NCBI GenBank assembly: GCA_041586955.1
Contig: JBFGZE010000085.1
Coordinates: forward strand, 1-13,592
DNA length: 13,592 nt
Direction of reading: 5' to 3'
Origin: Bacteriovoracaceae bacterium
GTDB lineage: Bacteria > Bdellovibrionota > Bacteriovoracia > Bacteriovoracales > Bacteriovoracaceae
Part shown: positions 8,143 to 13,592 of the stretch, one piece after another
Layout of the letters: each line of letters begins with the position of its first letter
Position numbering within the stretch: the stretch's first letter is position 1
Translations under genes and position numbers: made by a program
Notes under the pieces: generated by a model
Told to the model about the DNA's origin: nothing
What the model saw: the letters and a program-made list of their open reading frames with translations, nothing else
Database searches by the model: none

Positions 8143-8354
8143 AATATAGGTGAGATTTTTACGACTTATCTTGTAATAGAATAGTTGATTTAGGAGAATA
8201 ATTAAATGATAAAAACTCGTATTTGTTGAAGGATGGGGTTTAAACGACGTTGTGTCCTGCTGCGTTGCGCGCGAGGGCGAGGTTCTTTTTTGCGCGGCGC
8301 CATCATGTTTTTAGAGTATGATATTAATATTCATATCGAAGTAAGGAAAATTCT

Positions 8355-9359
8355 ATGCGTTATTGGTTGATATTAACCTGCTTAACTTTAGGCTGTGCAA
8401 AGGTAAATACATTAAACTTTAAAGAACATCGCTTTAATAAAGTTCCGAAAAAAATTATTTGGATTCAAATACCAGGGCTAGATATTGAGCATATTGCTCT
8501 TGAAAAATTTCAATATAATGACATGAAAAAAACTCATGTTTTAGAAGAGAGCAGTTGTGTGGGGCTTATGTGGAATTATAATATTTATGATTTAAGGCCT
8601 GGCCCGGCCAATGGACTTCTCAGTCAGGTTTCTGGTCATCAAAATATTAAGGGCACCTGTGAGGATTTTGATCAGCGACCAGTGTGGAATTATTTAACAC
8701 AATATGATTTCAAATCGATAGTTTTAGAGCGGAGTGCTGCTTTTACTATGAGCAAGGCCCTCTCATGCCAATCAAAGAAATTTTTTGAAAAGACTTCTCT
8801 TTTTTGGATGGGAAGTCAAAGTCGCAAGATGGAGGAGCGATTTCATTTTGAGAAAAAAATTACTGCTAGGCCCGGAGTTCTACAAGGCGATCAAACTTGT
8901 AAGAGCAAGGCGTGCCTAAGTTCTCTCAAAGATAACTTTAGCGCGATTCAAGCATCGTTGCTTAAGGACTCGAGTCGCTTTATTTTCGTCATTAGAGACC
9001 TCTCCTATTGGGAGGCCATGCAGAATAAGAACTTAAAACAGGCCAAAGAAGTTCTTTTTGAATTATCCCAATTATTAAAAAAGATTAGGTCTGAATTTGC
9101 GAGCAGCGAGACAAGCATCATTGTATCTTCAACCGCAGCGAATGTTTTTGAATTCCCTAAACAGGGTGATACCTGGCTCAAACTTAATCGTAGTGCCAAA
9201 AACTTTACGTTTAAAAGTAGTAAATTATTATCACCTGTTTGGAGTTATGGCGCCCTGAGTGAAAACTTTTGCGGAATCTTTAACGAATCTGACCTCTTAT
9301 CCCGAATGCTAAAAGTAAATACCAAAAAGAAATTAACAATCATGTCACTCTTTGACTAA
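8355..9359 (+). CDS. Putative lipoprotein with alkaline-phosphatase-like fold, catalytic residues apparently lost
   Basis: Short signal ending LTLG-C14 (lipobox-like); AAGGA upstream; segments PKKIIWIQIPGL, TSIIVSST and SPVWSYGALSENFCGIFNESDL parallel AlkP-family core strands. Confidence 0.72.
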   Translation: MRYWLILTCLTLGCAKVNTLNFKEHRFNKVPKKIIWIQIPGLDIEHIALEKFQYNDMKKTHVLEESSCVGLMWNYNIYDLRPGPANGLLSQVSGHQNIKGTCEDFDQRPVWNYLTQYDFKSIVLERSAAFTMSKALSCQSKKFFEKTSLFWMGSQSRKMEERFHFEKKITARPGVLQGDQTCKSKACLSSLKDNFSAIQASLLKDSSRFIFVIRDLSYWEAMQNKNLKQAKEVLFELSQLLKKIRSEFASSETSIIVSSTAANVFEFPKQGDTWLKLNRSAKNFTFKSSKLLSPVWSYGALSENFCGIFNESDLLSRMLKVNTKKKLTIMSLFD

Positions 9360-10190
9360 TTCGAGTATTTCTTCCTTATCAAATTGGTAATGCATTTTGC
9401 AATAATCACAGCGGGTTTCAATACTCGAATCATCTCCAAATAATTGATCAATACTTGTTGTTCTTAAAACGGCAAGAAGGCCTTTGAGCAGATGGTTGCG
9501 AGAGCATTGGCATTGGAAATTGATTTCTTTTGATTGAAGGTATTCAAATCCTTCTTTTTTGAACGCTGCCACGATGGCCATTTCGTCGGTCATATTCCGC
9601 TGATAAGTTCGCTCGAAAAAAGATGCCTTTTCTTTAATATAATCTACCGTTGTGATTTCTGGGGTGGCCTGAATTTGATCGACATTTTTCTTGGGTAATT
9701 TACTAATAAAAAGGTTTTGATCAACCTTATCGCTTGGATAGAAATTACCTGAAACTTGGTAGGAAGTCGATAAGACTTGCCCAATGATCTCTTCCAGTTC
9801 AGAGTCCTTCACTTCGACAACTGAATTATAGGGTTCAGTTTGGCTTGGTAGGACCTTGCTGATGCGACATAATCCATTAATTTTGTGGATATCGTCAGTG
9901 AGTTCATTAGGTAAAAAGAGGCTGCGATATTGCCCATCTGCATTCATTTCGAGTTTGAAGCGGAAATAGGGGGAAGTAGAGTCTATATAAATCCCCAATG
10001 TCTCTTGTGGCTTTATAAAAACATTGAGAAACACTGCATGCATCAGGAAGTCTCGAAATGATTGAAAGCTAACTCCTTTAAGTTGTTGGATAACGGCCAG
10101 GTCTTCGATTATTTTTTGCCCCTCCAGAAAATAAACGAGATGGTTGCTCTGTGAGTCAATAAAGGTATAAAGGCGGCTTTCAGGTAGCAT
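9345..10190 (-). CDS. hslO: Hsp33 family redox-regulated chaperone
   Basis: 281 aa with C-terminal zinc switch FQCQCSR...IETRCDYCKMHYQF, EPYNSVV and SYQV segments; GAGG RBS upstream; N-terminal half divergent. Confidence 0.88.
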   Translation of the reverse strand: MLPESRLYTFIDSQSNHLVYFLEGQKIIEDLAVIQQLKGVSFQSFRDFLMHAVFLNVFIKPQETLGIYIDSTSPYFRFKLEMNADGQYRSLFLPNELTDDIHKINGLCRISKVLPSQTEPYNSVVEVKDSELEEIIGQVLSTSYQVSGNFYPSDKVDQNLFISKLPKKNVDQIQATPEITTVDYIKEKASFFERTYQRNMTDEMAIVAAFKKEGFEYLQSKEINFQCQCSRNHLLKGLLAVLRTTSIDQLFGDDSSIETRCDYCKMHYQFDKEEILELVKE

Positions 10191-10274
10191 GACATCCTCA
10201 TAATAAAGTCATATGATTAGCAAAACAGATAATAAAAATTATCATGAAAATTAACTTCTGTCTTGGAGTTTTCT

Positions 10275-12638
10275 TTGTTGAAGCTTGTTCTTTACGAAAG
10301 TTCATCTGATATTTTAAAGGCGCCCTTTTCGCTTTCAAAGCAGAATGAAGGTCTGCTGGTGATTGGCCCCAATCCACAGTTTTCAGATGCTGTCCGCTCT
10401 CTTGCTGTTCAGATTAATCCTGATTTAAATATAGAAAGTATAACAATCAGTCAGTTTATGAAACGGTTGACTAAAAAAATATTTAAAGATGATGAAGTAT
10501 CTAAGGTTCAACGGAAATCGGATCTGATATTAGAACTCGGATTAGTGTGGAGAAAAATTTATGGCGCCCAAAAGGAGCATTTATTTTTTCAGGCCTTCAA
10601 GGTATTTACAGAGCTTCGGAGTTATTCTATCGATTTGGGCCTTATTGAAGAAGTACTTGATATGTACCCTGAAGAATTATCAAATGCTATCCGCTTGTTT
10701 TGGAATTATTTAGACACAAGAAATTTAATGGATGAGCAAGCATCCTACTATCGCATAACCGAAGAAATTAGGTTTCAGGCCGAAATGGAGTCTCGGCCGT
10801 TGATGTTCTGGGGATTTTCACGTCTATCTGGCGGTCAGGTCGATTTAATTAACTCATTGGCCCAACAAGTTGATGTTTTCCTCCCTATTCCAACATTGGT
10901 CTATGAGGAGTCCAGGGATTATGAATGGCCTAAATGGGTCGAGCCAAATGAGATCATCAAACTGGAAAATGAACCAGATGGTGAACCCGGGAAAGTTGTC
11001 AATTTTGGAAAAGGGAAGCTGAATAAATCGTTGCATAATTTTTTACAGGAAAAAAAACAAGGCCACCACTTTGTATTAGCAACCAAGTCTCCTGACTTTT
11101 ATCAAATAGCAGAAATACCAATTGAAGATCGATTTTTTAGAATTGACTCGGGGATTTTTGAGAAGAAGTTAATTCTCTTTAAAAAAGAAGTAAGGAAGCA
11201 GGTTTCATTAGAAAAAATAAAAACATGGCGGGAGTTATTTGATTGGAATCTCGAAGAGATAAAAGGTAAGCAGAATGATCTAATCTTATTAAGAGTTCGC
11301 CTATTATTTAAAAATGTTCTTGAAACAGCTTTTGAGCTGACATCCGATCTCGACACAATTTCTTTGTATGATACTTCTCTTATCCTTTCCATTTTAGAAT
11401 TGAATTTACCACGTACTTTCAATCAACCGATAACAAAAGAGATTAAAAATAAAATTGTCTCAATATCGGACCTTCCATTCCCCCTTGAAAATGATCAATA
11501 TATTTTATGCGCTAAAGGTGATTACGACCCACTTAAAGGGGGTGAGGATAATTACTCTGAAGAGCTTATCGAATTCCTCCTTTCCGTAGGGCCGATGTCG
11601 GGAAAAAATATAGACTTTTTGTTTCTCAAATTTAAGATGACTGAGTTCTTGGCCAATAAGAAAAATGTTTTATTTTTAGAGGAAGGATTAGAAGAGAAAG
11701 ATCTCGGATGGAGTGAGGTCCTCACTCATCTTAAATTAGATACTTTAGAAAACCCTCAACCGCGTAGAGAACTCAAGGTCTCCCCATTAATCGCCCCAAG
11801 CAACTCTAAACTGCCGCCTCATTTTCTCTTTAGCCCGTCAAGTTTACAAACTTATGTCGATTGTAAAAGGAAGTTTTATTTAGAGAAAGTTTTAAAATTA
11901 AAATCCAATACATTTACACACTTGGAGTCTATTCGTGGGATGGACAAGGGAACTTTAGAGCATGATTTAGTCCGGTTGTTTTTTCAAGAAGAAAGGGACT
12001 TGGCAGAATTAGATTCCTTCGTGACAAATTATTTTAACGATTATGTTCATTCCAAGGGGCTTGCTTTAAATGATTCGATTTATTTAAGGGATTTATTAGA
12101 AATTAAATTCCGTGTCTCCAATGGAGTTACCTTTTTGTTAGAAATTCAACAATTACCAAACTTTTCTCATTTTGCGTTTGAGGAAGAGTTGTCTGTTGAA
12201 AGAATACGAGGAAGAGCAGACGTTGTTATATACTTTAACGACAGTGTCAGCATTGTTGATTTTAAACGTAGCAAAAGCAGTATCCCCACTAAAAAGGCCG
12301 TTGAGGAATTTAAAAAAGTTCAGATACCATTATATACGCATATGCTCGATACCAAACTTCCTATGGGCGTCATGGGCTATTTTAATCTCGGTGAACCAGA
12401 GACGTCTCTGCTTATTGCGAGAACACCCGAGTCCCAATGGAACCTCCAAAGTGTTAAGGCAAAAGTAGGCTTCTTTAAAGATTCTCTTGGGACTCAGGCC
12501 TATTGGGAAAACCAAATTAAGGTAATCTTAGATGAGGCATTTGAAGAAGTAGACTTCTTTCCATCTCCTGTCTCCAAGATGGCATGCCAGTATTGTGATT
12601 TTGAGATTGTTTGCCATAAAGGAGCAAGTGATGAGTAG
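10275..12638 (+). CDS. addB: AddB-like PD-(D/E)XK nuclease subunit with Fe-S staple (start likely TTG 10275 or 10278 rather than 10263)
   Basis: FSPSSLQTYVDCKRKFY, KGTLEH, IRGRADVV, IVDFKRS, QIPLY and C-terminal CQYCDFEIVC (1+3 Cys); inactive helicase-like N-terminus (FWGFSRLSGGQ); directly upstream of an AddA-like helicase; GGAG at 10265-10268. Confidence 0.87.
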   Translation: MLKLVLYESSSDILKAPFSLSKQNEGLLVIGPNPQFSDAVRSLAVQINPDLNIESITISQFMKRLTKKIFKDDEVSKVQRKSDLILELGLVWRKIYGAQKEHLFFQAFKVFTELRSYSIDLGLIEEVLDMYPEELSNAIRLFWNYLDTRNLMDEQASYYRITEEIRFQAEMESRPLMFWGFSRLSGGQVDLINSLAQQVDVFLPIPTLVYEESRDYEWPKWVEPNEIIKLENEPDGEPGKVVNFGKGKLNKSLHNFLQEKKQGHHFVLATKSPDFYQIAEIPIEDRFFRIDSGIFEKKLILFKKEVRKQVSLEKIKTWRELFDWNLEEIKGKQNDLILLRVRLLFKNVLETAFELTSDLDTISLYDTSLILSILELNLPRTFNQPITKEIKNKIVSISDLPFPLENDQYILCAKGDYDPLKGGEDNYSEELIEFLLSVGPMSGKNIDFLFLKFKMTEFLANKKNVLFLEEGLEEKDLGWSEVLTHLKLDTLENPQPRRELKVSPLIAPSNSKLPPHFLFSPSSLQTYVDCKRKFYLEKVLKLKSNTFTHLESIRGMDKGTLEHDLVRLFFQEERDLAELDSFVTNYFNDYVHSKGLALNDSIYLRDLLEIKFRVSNGVTFLLEIQQLPNFSHFAFEEELSVERIRGRADVVIYFNDSVSIVDFKRSKSSIPTKKAVEEFKKVQIPLYTHMLDTKLPMGVMGYFNLGEPETSLLIARTPESQWNLQSVKAKVGFFKDSLGTQAYWENQIKVILDEAFEEVDFFPSPVSKMACQYCDFEIVCHKGASDE

Positions 12639-13592
12639 GCGATTACCTAATGAAGAGCAAGATAAGGCCATCTGCCACAATGGTGGCGTTGTTTTAACTG
12701 CGGGGGCAGGTTCAGGGAAAACATTTGTTCTCGTTGAGCATATTATTTATCTTCTCAATGAGAAGTTTAAAGGATCCTCTTTTGAGGAAAACGATATTAA
12801 GGTCCATCTTTCATCACTTGTTTTAATTACATTTACCAAAAAGGCGGCGAGCGAAATTTTAATACGTTTAAAAAAGAGAATAGAAATTGAACTAGAGGAA
12901 ACTGAGGACAAAGCTCTTTGGAAAATGATTTTTAATAACTTTATGTTAATTACGGTGGGAACAATTCACTCCTTTTGTTTTAAATTGATTAAACAGGGGC
13001 TACTCGTAGGAAGCCCAGCAGAATATGACATTGTGGATGAAGTGATTCTGAAAAAGAAAATTGAACAATTGTTTGATGATTGGGTTGTCGCTCATACTTC
13101 CGGCCAAGATGATGATTTTTTAAATAAGTATCAAGACATTTTGGCGAGTCGAGATGATGTTCTTAATATTATGTATAAGGTTATGCTCAATCCAGACCTT
13201 AGAATTATATGGAGCGAGAGAGTTAGTCAGGAGTTTGATAAAGAAAGTATTTTTCCTTTATTGGCAAAAATATTCACGTTTGAAAATATAGAGAAGGTTT
13301 TCCATAGCATACCTGCTATAGAGTCCAGCTCTAAAAAAGCGAAGTGGAGGGACTTTTTATATAATATTCAAGCAAATGAGCAGTGGCGCCTTCCTGAGTC
13401 ATTAGACGATATTAAGTTTTTAATGGAGCTTCTTTCTTCTTTTCGTAAACCCCCAGCTAAAAGTCTTGGTGATGATCATCAACTAATCACATTTTTTGAG
13501 CGGGTTAAAAATCTCAAAGAAGTTTTGAAAAAATACGGAGAAGACTTTATCGCTTTTTATGAGCATTATGATGCTTGTATAGAGCAATATCG
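12631..13592 (+). CDS. addA: AddA-like UvrD/SF1 helicase-nuclease, N-terminal part (runs off window end)
   Basis: Not in the ORF track. Hand translation MSRRLPNEEQDKAI..VVLTAGAGSGKTFVL (Q motif, Walker A), LITFTKKAASEI (Ia), VGTIHSFC (Ib); open to the edge; 8-nt overlap with the addB stop; GGAG upstream. Confidence 0.92.
   Translation, partial: MSRRLPNEEQDKAICHNGGVVLTAGAGSGKTFVLVEHIIYLLNEKFKGSSFEENDIKVHLSSLVLITFTKKAASEILIRLKKRIEIELEETEDKALWKMIFNNFMLITVGTIHSFCFKLIKQGLLVGSPAEYDIVDEVILKKKIEQLFDDWVVAHTSGQDDDFLNKYQDILASRDDVLNIMYKVMLNPDLRIIWSERVSQEFDKESIFPLLAKIFTFENIEKVFHSIPAIESSSKKAKWRDFLYNIQANEQWRLPESLDDIKFLMELLSSFRKPPAKSLGDDHQLITFFERVKNLKEVLKKYGEDFIAFYEHYDACIEQY

Noticed and set aside
8202..8306. 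34-aa Arg-rich minus-strand ORF (MMAPRKKEPRPRAQRSRTQRRLNPILQQIRVFII) upstream of the oxidoreductase
   Set aside because: No RBS; Arg/Pro richness is explained by the GC-rich patch.
8321..8330. Palindrome ATATTAATAT upstream of the lipoprotein gene
   Set aside because: All A/T, so likely by chance; no supporting evidence.
9005..12515. Short ORFs 9005-9199, 10854-11036, 11102-11422, 12172-12468, 12330-12515
   Set aside because: Nested in the lipoprotein gene or addB; no protein-like features.
11820..12620. Cas4-like signature (RecB-type nuclease with 1+3 Cys)
   Set aside because: It is the C-terminal domain of AddB next to addA; no CRISPR repeats or cas genes are visible.

Overview
AT-rich bacterial chromosomal window, mostly core genome; gene style suggests Bdellovibrionota/Bacteriovoracia (inference only). 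In order: the 5' end of valS coupled to hisS (minus); a divergent HD-GYP protein with a degenerate metal site; three overlapping minus-strand genes for unrecognised exported proteins; a FadF/EtfD-like membrane Fe-S oxidoreductase followed by a strong hairpin; a lipoprotein resembling a catalytically dead alkaline phosphatase; hslO (Hsp33); and a divergent addB-addA pair (addA truncated by the window end). I saw no CRISPR array, mobile element, tRNA or rRNA. The best candidates for undescribed biology are the three-gene exported cluster, the hairpin lying inside its first gene's apparent signal peptide, and the two probable pseudoenzymes. None is proven novel from sequence alone.
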